A stretch of DNA of 63,537 bases, filler included, from Octopus bimaculoides (GCF_001194135.2; 8 parts of 7 records of this genome joined end to end with filler, not necessarily neighbours in it), one strand, 5' to 3'. Shown: positions 12,333-24,657, numbered from the whole stretch's first letter. Program-made: numbers and translations. Notes: generated by a model not told the origin, from the sequence alone.

Positions 12333-13435
12333 TTAAAATCTGTTTGTCCCTCCTTTAGCATCAATTTCCGCTTTTATACGGTTAAGCATTGAATCAATTA
12401 GTTTCTGCAGGTTCTAGGCGCAATTTTACTCCATTCTTCTCTCAACTTTTGGTACAAATGCTCTTTATTTTTAATTGTGTTCCTAATAGCTTCCTCAAGA
12501 GTTCCCCATCGGTGTTCGATTGGATTTAGATCGGGACTTTGAGCTGGCCACTCCATGGGAACAATACCCTGTGTATCAAACCATTGACGAGTATTCTTTG
12601 CTGTATCACAGGGAGCGTTGTGCTATTGAAAGATAACATTGCTTTTCGACACTCCTGGATGCAATGTTGCAATTGATGGCTCTGAAACATCCGATAACAT
12701 AGAAACAGGGGTAGATGAGCATAAAAATATTTCTCCAGGTCCTGCCACAGACATGCAGGCCCACACCATGATAGAACCACCCCCGTGTTTTACGGTTGGT
12801 ACCAGACATTCAACCTTAAATACTTCTCCAGCTTTGCGACGCACATAAGTTGCACCAGATGTACCGAAACCTGAGTAAAAGCATGAAAAATATTAGCTTT
12901 ATGTTGGATACTTTTTATATATTTGGGGTAACAAAACAGTTACATTAAGTTTATATCTTACCTCATAGTTACTTTCATCTGACCATATAATTTTCGACCA
13001 TTGCTCACTGGCCAAATTTGAGTGATGTTTGGGCCACTGAAAACGATTTTTCATATTCGCTTCAGAAACTCATGGCTTCTTACTGACTTTAAAGCCTTTC
13101 AGAACGTACTCTACAAGCCTTCTTCTAACAGTTCTGTTTGATATTTGTGAAGTTCTTGCCTCGTTGAAATCCGCACAGTGCTGCGACGATGTTTTTCTTC
13201 TGTATCTGAGTGACTGCCGGCTGATGGATCTGTCATCACGAGGTGATGTAACCATTTTTCTACCTGTTCTTTGTTTTGTCTTCGCATCTTTTGTCTTTCG
13301 GAAGAACTAGAGTGTCGTTTGCACCGCACATCGAGAACATTTCATCTGAAAAATTTACCTTTGAGACATTCCATCTTCATGATGAGCTACAATTTGTCCT
13401 CGCTCACACTCATTCAACTCCCTCGTTTTGGGCAT
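12333..13435 (-). pseudogene. Tc1-like transposase pseudogene, two exons (13435-12962 and 12870-12333)
   Basis: MPKTRELNECERGQIVAHHEDGMSQR*...TGRKMVTSPRDDR...SNRTVRRRL...EQWSKIIWSDESNYE | (V)FGTSGATYVRR..TVKHGGGSIMVW...FQ*HNAPC...WPAQSPDLNPIEH...DAKGG. Several stops and frameshifts. Confidence 0.92.
12871..12961 (-). other. Spliceosomal intron inside the Tc1 transposase (91 nt)
   Basis: Donor GAG|GTAAGA; acceptor TTTTCATGCTTTTACTCAG|G. AT-rich. Removing it rejoins WSDESNYE to (V)FG, apart from one missing T. Confidence 0.8.
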
Positions 13436-13788
13436 TTTACTGCTTATTAAATATATCTACAGCGTATTTTAGCATAAAACTGAAATAATCAAGGAATAAT
13501 AAGTTTATTTTGGACATTGGTCTTACTCATGTCTAGTTGCATATGTACAGTACAGTATAAAAGCGGTAATTGATGCTAAAGAGGGTAAACCAGATATTAA
13601 AACTAATGTATCTTGTGGAATATACCATAATCTACCATGTGCACAAATGTCATTGACATTGAGATAGTAGAATCTCAAAACATTGGGGTTGCCTAATACT
13701 TTTAGCCAAGGCTGTATATTCTACATATGTGCATAATATGCGACCGCGACCTGCCACTCACATCAGCGTTTCAATATAGATGTAATAG

Positions 13789-13994
13789 CAAGGCGGCGAG
13801 CTGGCAGAAACATTAGTACGGCGGACGAAATGTTAAACGGTATTTCGTTTGTCTTTACGTTCTGAGTTCAAATTCCGTCGAGGTCGACTTTGCCTTTCAT
13901 CCTTGCGAGGTCGATAAATTAAGCACCAGTTGCGTACTGGGGATGATCTAATCGACTGACCAAGATTTCAGGCCTTGTGCCTAAAGTAGAAAAG
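13789..13994 (+). mobile_element. Full-length tRNA-type SINE with 16-bp TSD
   Basis: TSD aatatagatgtaatag at 13773-13788 and 13995-14010; head aaggcggcgagctggcagaa; B-box-like gagttcaaattcc; core gtcgactttgcctttcatcc. Confidence 0.92.
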
Positions 13995-14413
13995 AATATA
14001 GATGTAATAGGTATTCCTTAGTATCAAATGTCTAAAGCTTCATCCTAACATTGGTACGATGACGAAATTGCCTCAGTTTGTTATTAACACTACCTCCTGA
14101 CATTTGGGTGCCCTTTGAGGGCTGAAAAGGTATGGCACAGTCTTTGGGCAGCAGAAAGATGTGATTATTCATCAAGTCGTCATTCTTAACTCTAAACTTA
14201 TATGCCAAAATGCAGTATTGTAAGCTCTGCGAATTTTCCCTTCCCTCCTCCAACAGCCATGTATTTCTCATCAGCCTAGATACCACATCTTGCCCCTTCC
14301 TCTCTCTCGCTCCCCCCCACACACACCCACACACACGCCATATACACACCAACACCACTTGTCAAGAAGTGATGGGGTACATATACACCGACATACATAC
14401 GCACGCACACATG

Positions 14414-14573
14414 ACAGGCTTCTTTGAGCTTGCGTCAACAAAATCCCTCACAAGGCTTCGGTCGACCTCAAGCTATAGTAGAAGACAACGTCCTAAGATG
14501 TCACGCAGTGGGACTGAACCCAGAACAGTGTGGTGGTAAAGAAAGCTTCTTACCACACAGCTACGCTTGCGCC
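14414..14573 (-). mobile_element. SINE, second family, 5' half with tRNA-like head
   Basis: Reverse complement ggcgcaagcgtagctgtgtggtaagaagc..gggttcagtcccactgcg contains A-box-like and B-box-like elements. Confidence 0.7.
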
Positions 14574-14707
14574 AACTCACACAAACATTATGAATCCACC
14601 TGCACCCGTAAATATACATATATCTATGCATGTACATGTACATGCGTCTGTTTCTATGTGTACTGTGTGCGTGAGTGTAGACGTGTGGTTTCTGTCAAAA
14701 TATTATT

Positions 14708-14917
14708 CTTTTCTACTTTAGATACAAGGCCCGAAATTTTTTGAGGAAGAGCCAGTTCATTATATCGACATCAGTAGGCAAATGGAACTTAATTTATCAA
14801 CCTGAAAGGATGGAAAGCAAAGTCAACTCCGGCGGAATTTGAACGTAGAACGTGATGACAGACGAAATACGGCTAATCATTTTTCCTGGTCTACTAATGT
14901 TTCTTCCAGCTCGCGAC
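14708..14917 (-). mobile_element. Full-length tRNA-type SINE with 18-bp TSD
   Basis: TSD ttctgtcaaaatattatt at 14690-14707 and 14918-14935; same family as 13789-13994. Confidence 0.9.
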
Positions 14918-15275
14918 TTCTGTCAAAATATTATTAATTAAAGAATATAATTCAACAATTGTAAACTGTTCTACTTTATCTTTGTTATATGCAATACTAT
15001 AATATAAGTCGGGAGATGCATCTTTTAATGACGTTTCGACAATAATTTTATTATTTTATAGACCACTAAATAGCAAAAAAACATTGTTTGTCGATATATT
15101 TATTGTGTTCTGACGCTATCATCTGAATATATCATCTGAATAGAAAGGGAAAACAATTTCCCTGTTATGAGGCTAAAATCATTGAGAAAAGAATGGGTTT
15201 TACATTATTTCAATAACAATATCGAATAATGATATTGTGCACAAGTACAACGTATATATACACACACATACAATG

Positions 15276-15308
<33 letters not shown>

Positions 15309-16918
15309 ATATATAGGTGTGTGTGTGTGTGCGTGTATATATATATAAGTATATATATATATATATACATATATANNNNNNNNNNNNNNNNNNNNNNNNN
15401 NNNNNNNNNNNNNNNNNNNNNNNNNNNNNNNNNNNNNNNNNNNNNNNNNNNNNNNNNNNNNNNNNNNNNNNNNNNNNNNNNNNNNNNNNNNNNNNNNNNN
15501 NNNNNNNNNNNNNNNNNNNNNNNNNNNNNNNNNNNNNNNNNNNNNNNNNNNNNNNNNNNNNNNNNNNNNNNNNNNNNNNNNNNNNNNNNNNNNNNNNNNN
15601 NNNNNNNNNNNNNNNNNNNNNNNNNNNNNNNNNNNNNNNNNNNNNNNNNNNNNNNNNNNNNNNNNNNNNNNNNNNNNNNNNNATATATATATATATATAT
15701 ATATACAAGCACACACACGCACTCACAAATATATATTTATATATAATTTAGATCTATCTCAATATCTCTATCTACCTGTCTGTCTATAGGTACACCCAAA
15801 CAAACACACCCATCCACCCATAACCCCCACCCCGCCACAAACACATGTTGCTTATATATTTAATTTCACCACGTTAGCAATATAAATATAGAATGTTTTT
15901 ACTGCCTTGAAACAATGACTACCTCAAACCACTCTTATTTTTTTTTACCACACAACACCACATCCCTGCATAATCTATAATTGAAGGATTTGATAATGTA
16001 ATTATAAGAAGGCAGTCCTTTAGACTCAAGAAATGGCTTGTGGCTTTTGAAGTATCATAAGTAGATATCTCCTACTCTAGCTATTCTTTAATCTGAATTA
16101 CTTTATGTACAAGTACATTTTTCTCTATACTCTGTTAACTTTTGAATATATTTCTGCATCTAATAACGAAAATAATTACAATTCTCAATATGATTATAAA
16201 TTATAGTATTAAAGAAAAGCCTGATTATTATACTGACAATCTCACACTTCAATAGTACATGTTGATAATGTTGAATAAATCTCATTATAAGAGAGAATGC
16301 ACTGTCCCTTTGACATCAACGAAATCTCACATATCTACACTACAGACTCACTAACTCCCATTTTAGTATTGAAAATCTAATGTTTCTTTTTCCTGCATAT
16401 GCATACAGTATATATANNNNNNNNNNNNNNNNNNNNNNNNNNNNNNNNNNNNNNNNNNNNNNNNNNNNNNNNNNNNNNNNNNNNNNNNNNNNNNNNNNNN
16501 NNNNNNNNNNNNNNNNNNNNNNNNNNNNNNNNNNNNNNNNNNNNNNNNNNNNNNNNNNNNNNNNNNNNNNNNNNNNNNNNNNNNNNNNNNNNNNNNNNNN
16601 NNNNNNNNNNNNNNNNNNNNNNNNNNNNNNNNNNNNNNNNNNNNNNNNNNNNNNNNNNNNNNNNNNNNNNNNNNNNNNNNNNNNNNNNNNNNNNNNNNNN
16701 NNNNNNNNNNNNNNNNNNNNNNNNNNNNNNNNNNNNNNNNNNNNNNNNNNNNNNNNNNNNNNNNNNNNNNNNNNNNNNNNNNNNNNNNNNNNNNNNNNNN
16801 NNNNNNNNNNNNNNNNNNNNNNNNNNNNNNNNNNNNNNNNNNNNNNNNNNATATATATGTATGTATATATATATGTATGTATATATATATGTATATATAT
16901 ATATATATATATCTATGC

Positions 16919-17007
<89 letters not shown>

Positions 17008-17014
17008 TATAATT

Positions 17015-17300
17015 AGACAGAATGAGGTAACAAATCCAACGCTGTGAGGAATTTTCAGGACATTTATAATAAAAGAGTCTTACAGCTGTTTCTGGGATAG
17101 CATGGCTTCAACTGAGAAGGAGTGAGAAAATATTTGAGTTCGAATTACTGTGGAAAAGAAAGGGAATATAGAGGGTAATAAGAGAAATAAAGTAAAAATA
17201 AAATATATAAAGATATTGTAGTTGTAGTTCCATTATTCTAGGAAAATGGTGTATAGAAGTGGTAAAAATGTTTCCGGTACATGGTGTGTAAGTTCCAATA
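17015..17300 (-). mobile_element. PLE-type terminal repeat, family B, with decayed hammerhead (homologous to 31010-31320)
   Basis: Reverse complement shares ccactt.tatacaccatt..aataatggaact.caa..acaatatc and gaaacagctgtaagact with the 31 kb copy. It lies downstream of, and in the same sense as, the PLE ORF. Confidence 0.7.
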
Positions 17301-17929
17301 GTAGTTCATATTTAGTCATTTCAATGCATGGAGCCGTGGAATCAGTGCTGCTCGTTCGAAAGGTTTTTGTGGTGTGAATGAAAAATTTGAGTATGTATTG
17401 GTGGTATAAATGGAGGGTGGAGAGATGTGTATGATTAGAAAGAGGAGAAAGGTCAAATCTAAAACAGGAATGGAAAATGAGAAGAAAGAGAGAAAAAGAA
17501 AAAAAGGAGAGTGACAAAAGCAATGAGTGAAAAAAAAGAGAGACAAAAGCAAAGAGTGAAAAAAAAAGAAAAGGTGAAGGAAGTGAGTGAAGGGAGTGCT
17601 AGTTAGTGGTCATGATAATGCAATGAGAGGATGGGAGAGATGGGGAGAGGGAGAGGAAGTGATGAGAAGTAAGGAGTAAAAGAATGTGAGATATGTGAGT
17701 AGGGGTGATATGACAGAGCTGCATTAAGGGATGGGTAGAGAAAAGGTAGAGAAAAGATAAGTGAGTTGTAGTTTTGGTAGTAAAACTTGAGGTGGAAGGA
17801 AGAATACAAGGATGTCAAATTACTATAAATAGACGTGCATGATAGGTTAGTTTCAGGTAGGAAAACGAGGAAAGTATATATATTTGCGAATATGTATACA
17901 AATACACACATATATACTGACATATTAAT

Positions 17930-19950
17930 ACTACTGCTTCATCATATTACTTTAGTAGTGTTGAAGATTTGTGTTTTAATATGTGAAGCATAACTTACAG
18001 GTTAAGCGTTGACCTTGGTATGGAAGCCCTAAATAAATTATGGACCATGACAGTGTAGAGAATATTTCTATTTTTTTTATATGACGTCTGTGACTGGTGA
18101 GTGTTGTGAATTTACTGTGTTTCTTGTATCTAAAACAATTGAAATGAGCGGCATATCGATGTTTAAAATTAATGGTTGACCCTATATATATGTCTTTAGA
18201 ATTGCATAATGAGTCGAGGACGGTGCATTTATAAATGACATTAGATCTTCTACAATGGGTTTGTAGAGGGCAGATAGACCCAGGATGGCAGTTACAAGTG
18301 GGTGCATTTTGGGGGTTATTTTCAGGAATATTGGTGGTAATGCTGTCAGAAGAGAGGATAAAGAAGGTGGTAGAAAGCTCTAAGTTATTAATATTATAAA
18401 TGTTATTATTACTATTATTGTTGTTATTATTGCTATCGTTGTTGATTGTTATATCTGTAAGGGTAGTGGAAGTTGTGGTAGTGTTCTGGATAGTGCTAGT
18501 AGGATGAGTTGGGTTATGGTTGTGTTTATGGCATGAGGTTTAATGCTGGAGCTGTGTACATGTTGGGCGCCCGTGAATTTAGAGTTGTTATAACGTGAGT
18601 TTTGATAGTAGAGAGAAAGTTTTTCTTTAATGGAGGGTGCTGTGATAGATTCAAAGCTGGGTAGGGTGGAATAAAATAGCTTCATGGTGGATCTATTAAA
18701 GAGAGAGTAATATTTATGCTGTCGAGGTAAGTTAGTGTCCAGTATATTAAAGAAAGATTTACTTAAGTTCTTAACATTAAGTGAGAAGGGAGTGTATTCC
18801 ATAGAATAGAGCATCCACCACTTTTATTTGGGTGTTTAGGGGTAGTGCTATCTATATTTTTGGAGAATGGCACATTTTTGTTAGCTGTTTTAGCTTTTGA
18901 CCTAGTGTTATATGTGTGCATGCGGGGTGTAGGTTGTCTTAATGCGAGTTCCTCCGGGTTCTATCAAAGTGTATATGTGGTCTGTTGTGATTCTGATGGT
19001 TGGTGTGTCGTTGCAATGTGATTTCAGATATATGTTGTTTGAGCCTAGTATTGGGGATGTATTTTATTTGTTGGGAGAAAACACTGCCAGCGAGCGCTTG
19101 GTTGTAATATGGTGAATGGTTATTGAAAATTTCCTCAGTGGCAGAGAGGTCAGATATACGGATCGAGATACCCTTGACTATGTTATCGAAGGTGAATTTG
19201 TGGTAATTGGAATGAATGTTTAGATATTTAAGGTATTGGTTAGGTTTGTGATAGGAAGAGTATGGGGAGGTTTGTAAGTTTAGAGTTAGGTCTAAAAATG
19301 TTCAAACGTTATAGACATGTTTAGCCTGGAGAAGAATTTGTGTAGATCATTTCTAGCTCGTTCTAAAGATGATTTATTTATGCTATTGGTAAATAGCAAG
19401 GCTTCATCTCTGTAGAGGCCCCTCTTGAAGTTAGGGAAATGTATTTGGAGCTAGTGGAGTATGTATACTCCAAATAGGTCGGTGACCTGGGCGGAATCAG
19501 AGGATCCCATAGTAATGTCAAATAAATTGCTATAGTTATTGTTATGGTGATTGGCTCGGTACCAGAGTTTGTTCTCAAAAGAAATAATGGGTTTGCGGGC
19601 ATTAAGAATTTTGTCAATTTCTAGTGGGTTAAGGTTAGTTAGATTCCTAGCTAGAAGAGCTTGATTAAGAAGTTTGGGAGAAATGGAAGGATAGTAATTA
19701 TTTATATCGAATTGTATGAAAGGATAAGAATTTTGTTGTTTAAGAGATAGAGCCATGTAATAACTTCACCTGTACAGGAACGTAAGTTGATGCTTAATCT
19801 CTCCTTGGTGATTGGTATTATTTTGTCCAAAATATTTTTACTTACTCTTCCCAGGTCTGATTTGGTGGGGCATATGAGGCGTATCTATGGTTTGGTTATG
19901 ATGTCCTTCTTATGATCTTTGAGGCTGAAGCTTGAACGTGTAGGTGAGTA
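17930..19950 (-). mobile_element. Penelope-like retroelement, RT plus C-terminal GIY-YIG endonuclease (Naiad-type motifs), decayed
   Basis: SLKDHK..IRLICPTKSDLGRVSKNILDKI; FIQFDINNYYPSIS; FDITMGSSDSAQVTDLFG; GLYRDE; LDTNLPRQHKYYSLFNRSTMKLFYS; Asn-rich linker; CNCHPGSICPLQTHCRRSNVIYKCTV...IYIGSTINFKHRYAAH; SWSII..CKLC. Confidence 0.9.
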
Positions 19951-20058
19951 TATATATATATATATATATATATCACGAAGGATTGGCGCAAATCGGTGTT
20001 TAGGTATGAGCACAATTTAGGTTTGTTGAAATATGTTTGTCACATATTTTAATTGCTA

Positions 20059-20567
20059 AAGGCAAATACACACCAGTTACTGTGGAGAAAGAATCTCTCT
20101 CATGGTAAAAAGGTGTGAAAATGCCAGTTCGTTCAATGTCACCATCTGTTAGGAATTTCAGACACCGATATTTGTAGTCTTTTGACTAGTGTTAATGAGG
20201 TGTACCTAAGAGAGGCAATTCTGAACGAAATAGTACAGCTAGCAGCGTTATACATAATTCAACTAACATAAATTATGCTCATACCTAAACACTGCTTTGC
20301 GCCAATATTTCGTTATTTATCTCGATCGGGCGATCTACTAGCGCAAAATAGTCAACGTGTTGACTGAATTAAATATAAAGCTACACGACTCATTTAGTGC
20401 GTTCAGAGTTGCGTCTCAGAAGTACATCTCATTGACAAGAGTAAAAAAATTGGAGCATCGATGTCTGAGATTCCTAAAAGATGGCGACACTGAATGAACT
20501 GGTGTTTCCACACACTTTTACCATAGGAGAGATTTTTTCTCTACAGTAACTGCAGTCTATTTGCCTT
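20059..20567. mobile_element. MITE with TIRs of about 110 bp (20059-20169 and 20458-20567)
   Basis: aaggcaaata..cagttactgt.gagaaa.aatctct..atggtaaaa..tgt..ccagttc.ttca.tgtc.ccatc..taggaat.tcagaca matches the reverse complement of the right arm. TSD unresolved. Confidence 0.85.
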
Positions 20568-22844
20568 ATATATATATATATATNNNNNNNNNNNNNNNNN
20601 NNNNNNNNNNNNNNNNNNNNNNNNNNNNNNNNNNNNNNNNNNNNNNNNNNNNNNNNNNNNNNNNNNNNNNNNNNNNNNNNNNNNNNNNNNNNNNNNNNNN
20701 NNNNNNNNNNNNNNNNNNNNNNNNNNNNNNNNNNNNNNNNNNNNNNNNNNNNNNNNNNNNNNNNNNNNNNNNNNNNNNNNNNNNNNNNNNNNNNNNNNNN
20801 NNNNNNNNNNNNNNNNNNNNNNNNNNNNNNNNNNNNNNNNNNNNNNNNNNNNNNNNNNNNNNNNNNNNNNNNNNNNNNNNNNNNNNNNNNNNNNNNNNNN
20901 NNNNNNNNNNNNNNNNNNNNNNNNNNNNNNNNNNNNNNNNNNNNNNNNNNNNNNNNNNNNNNNNNNNNNNNNNNNNNNNNNNNNNNNNNNNNNNNNNNNN
21001 NNNNNNNNNNNNNNNNNNNNNNNNNNNNNNNNNNNNNNNNNNNNNNNNNNNNNNNNNNNNNNNNNNNNNNNNNNNNNNNNNNNNNNNNNNNNNNNNNNNN
21101 NNNNNNNNNNNNNNNNNNNNNNNNNNNNNNNNNNNNNNNNNNNNNNNNNNNNNNNNNNNNNNNNNNNNNNNNNNNNNNNNNNNNNNNNNNNNNNNNNNNN
21201 NNNNNNNNNNNNNNNNNNNNNNNNNNNNNNNNNNNNNNNNNNNNNNNNNNNNNNNNNNNNNNNNNNNNNNNNNNNNNNNNNNNNNNNNNNNNNNNNNNNN
21301 NNNNNNNNNNNCATGCATACATACATACATATATATATATATATATCTTATAATAATGTTGCTTGTCATTGCGCTACTAAGCCTGTTGGTAATGCTGTCA
21401 TGTGATTAGAGTAATAGAGGTAGAGAGAAACGAGTGGGAGGAGAAGATACAGAGAGAGGTAAAGAGGGAGAGAGAAGTGTCCATGACGTGAGATAGTGGG
21501 AATTTAATTGTAACGCTTTCACGTGATTAGGTCAAGGGAAAGAAAAAGGAAGGAGAAAAAGAGGATACGCTGAAGGGTGAGAGAGAAACGTCTATGATGT
21601 GAGATAGGAGACGTAATTCTTATTACGTAGTTTAAAAAGTTAGTTGAAGTGAGAGTAAGAGAGGTAAAAATATAATTTTACAGAGGGGTGAAGTTCTGAT
21701 GGTGAGGTTAATGAAAGGCAGTTAGAGAGAAAAGAGAGATAGGAGGGCGATAGAGAGGGACGGGAAGGGGAGAGATGATGTTGGTGGTGGTGGAGATGGA
21801 GATGTTTGTGGTGGTGGTGGTGGTCATTGGATAGTGAAAAGTGTATTTATTTTATAACTTAACTAAATTTTTAAATCACCGGTCACATATCGCATGGGTA
21901 TAAGTGAAATTCCGTGAAATATTCAAGCTTATTTACGTAGCAGATATATGCAGTTTAACTAAAGATTGTATCATATGTACGGGATTATTTTTTGTTTATG
22001 GAAAAAATGGAAAAATATAAGTGAATATATATTTTGTGTATTAGATCTATAAAATTGAGCATAAAGTGTATCAAGAATATTTATAAACTGCATTAAGTAA
22101 TCATTCGTATTCCAATTTCTTTCGCTTTTCAATGAGTCGCAGACAAAACACAAGCTATGCTTTCAGGTTTTTTGGATAAAGTTTTTAGAAATAACCTCAG
22201 TGGTTTTACCATTAATTCCGTGAAATTTTCACGGGTCCCGCTAATAATTATATATTTACTCATTAATCAGATAGTTTTCCAAGATTTCAACCGGTTTTCC
22301 AAGAATATGTTCACATGGGTTAGGTATCTACAAAAATACGGGATAAGTGACACTTGTAAATAGTGGAATGTTGTGGAGTTAAATGTTGATCCTCTCGATC
22401 CATAGATACCTTATTAACCTTTCGGCGGTTATTGCGACAGTATGTTAATGACTACGTATATATGACCGAATATTATTTTCCAATCATAGACGAATCAATA
22501 CATCGCTAAAAATCATTAGTACATACAATTATTAGTAATTTCAATATCCTACATAACATGGTAATTTCAATATCCCTACATAACTTCTTTAGAAAGTTGT
22601 AACACTGCAGTATTAGACTTGAGATGTGTTCTCGTACAAACGTATACTGTTAAAAAGCACAGACTATCAGTAGCAGACGGTAAATCATCCAGTACCAGTG
22701 ACAGAATTGCTACATCACGTGATTTCAGCCTATTTGCGATTAATTAGCAGCAGGCATCCACTCACTGCCTGACTGCACAATCTCGCTTCCACCGATACTT
22801 AGACGCAACCAGTCAGTCAATTATCCGTATCTATAAAAGCCAAG

Positions 22845-22885
<41 letters not shown>

Positions 22886-23280
22886 TGAATATAATTTATG
22901 CACGTCCACAAATTAGCACGCATGTTGCTCCAATTTTAGGAGGACATTTGTCATGACCCTATCTGCATTTTCGTCAACTTTTTCTCTCAGAGGCACCCGC
23001 GTATAGCTGTGAAAATCGATTTTCAACCATAACTTTTAACAATTTTCATTTTCAAGTCGGAGAAAAAGCTATTGTCTACAAACAGGTGTTAAGTCCCCTT
23101 CTAGCGACGCGCACGTTTTTAAGATTTTTGTTGTTTTTTTTCCATCGAGAAAAAAGTGTTTTGTTGATATACGGGCAACACACACCCACGCACACATACA
23201 AACATGTATGCGTACAAAAACATATGTATGCAAATAGTGTACGTACGTGTGTGTGTGTTGCCCATATATATATATATATA

Positions 23281-23558
23281 CTAGCAGAAATACCCGGCTT
23301 TGCCCGGGTTAAAGAGAATAATGAAATCTAAAAACGCCGTCTAGACTACGCAACCCTCAACTGTTAGTAGCTACGATACCATATTTCTACATTAATAACT
23401 CTCCAATCCATGCCAGCATGGAACATAGACATTAAGTGGAATGCCAGTCTCTCATCTAGGAGGGCCTTGAAATCAATGATACCAACTGGGGACTATGTGT
23501 GTCGCAGTGATAATAAAAAGACCCAAAGGAGGTCTGCAACGAAATAATTTTACTCAAC
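23281..23558 (-). mobile_element. Helitron-like 3' terminus
   Basis: Minus strand ends ACCCGG-gcaaag-CCGGGT (hairpin), then atttctg, then CTAG|T: the canonical subterminal hairpin plus CTAG-T junction. The other end is lost in a gap. Confidence 0.7.
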
Positions 23559-23659
23559 NNNNNNNNNNNNNNNNNNNNNNNNNNNNNNNNNNNNNNNNNN
23601 NNTTAATTAATTAANNNNNNNNNNNNNNNNNNNNNNNNNNNNNNNNNNNNNNNNNNNNC

Positions 23660-24020
23660 ATCTTTAATATCGCCAAAGCGAACTTACCGATCCTTGCACA
23701 AAGTAAGGAATTGAGAAATATCATTACAGATCAAAATATAACTCTCAGTAAGAGACAACCTAAAAACTTGAAAAAGCTATTAACAAAGGCAAAGGTTTGA
23801 CCTCAGCAACAAAAATCAAACATTCACTGTATCCAAATGCAATGATAGCCGATGCGGCACATGCCGATCAATCCATACCGGCCCATATATGAACACAAAA
23901 ACAGGGAAAATATTCACCAATGCGAACATGAACTGCAAAAGTAGAAATCTAATCTACTGCATCAAATGCCCTAATTGTGAAGAATTGTACGTTGGCCAGA
24001 CAGATATTGGTCTAAAATGA
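23660..24020 (+). mobile_element. Penelope-like element fragment: Zn-knuckle linker plus GIY-YIG N-terminus (Neptune-like)
   Basis: SKRQPKNLKKLLTKAK / SKCNDSRCGTCRSIHTG..MNCKSRNLIYCIKCPNCEELYVGQT, with one frameshift. Confidence 0.88.
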
Positions 24021-24134
24021 GCATCCCGAAATATAACAATATCTGTTTTCACACACGATTTCACATGAGGAATTTTTCAAAATAAATTCATAAAACGTAA
24101 TAATGTACACATGTTTGAATATGTATGTGTGTGT

Positions 24135-24320
24135 ATAAAGGTTATTTGCCAACATAATATGGCACTCCTGCTGAGAACAATTGTTACTGCTATGTAACCC
24201 CAGGAAGCATCACCTCCAGCTGACTATACGACACACTATCTGTGTCTATATTTTCGAACAAAGGAGTTTAACATCGCCACTCAGTTCTAAACAATATCTG
24301 CTTACCAATGATTTCTGGGT
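24135..24320. mobile_element. Partial copy of the palindromic MITE at 24378-24657
   Basis: taaaggttatttgccaa..ttgttactg..ccccaggaa.catc..tccagctg.ctatacgacac. Confidence 0.75.
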
Positions 24321-24377
<57 letters not shown>

Positions 24378-24381
<4 letters not shown>

Positions 24382-24657
24382 GGATTATTTGCCAGTATAA
24401 TGGGGTAATCCTGGTTAGGAAGATTGTTACTTTTATTTAACTCCAGGATAAACATCGTCTCCAGCTGGCTATACGACATACTTGGTACACAGATATTGCT
24501 TTGAGCTCAGCGTGGACGCTAAACTCCCTTATTTGAAAATATAAAAACACTGATAGTGTGTGGTATAGCCAGCTGGAGACGATGTTTCCTGGGGCTAAAT
24601 AACAGTAACAATCGTCGTAACCAGGTCTAACACATTATATTGGCAAATAATCTTTAC
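24378..24657. mobile_element. Palindromic MITE (arms about 105 bp)
   Basis: gtaaggattattttgccagtataatg versus cattatattggcaaataatctttac; inner aaacatcgtctccagctggctatac versus gtatagccagctggagacgatgtttc. Confidence 0.88.

Larger units (their letters stand above)
12246..13714 (-). mobile_element. Full-length decayed Tc1-family (DD34E-type) DNA transposon with long TIRs
   Basis: TA flanks at 12244-12245 and 13715-13716. Ends are CAGCGTTGGCCAAA and (reverse complement) CAGCCTTGGCTAAAA. TIRs span 12246-12379 and 13555-13714 and enclose a transposase pseudogene. Confidence 0.93.

Noticed and set aside
13789-13880. tRNA gene
   Set aside because: The A/B-box-like head belongs to a SINE with a TSD and many dispersed copies, and no cloverleaf is evident.
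17930-19950. Selenocysteine (UGA) recoding, reported for some Naiad PLEs
   Set aside because: In the segments I translated the conserved Cys codons are TGY and the stop seen was TAG; no SECIS was identified.
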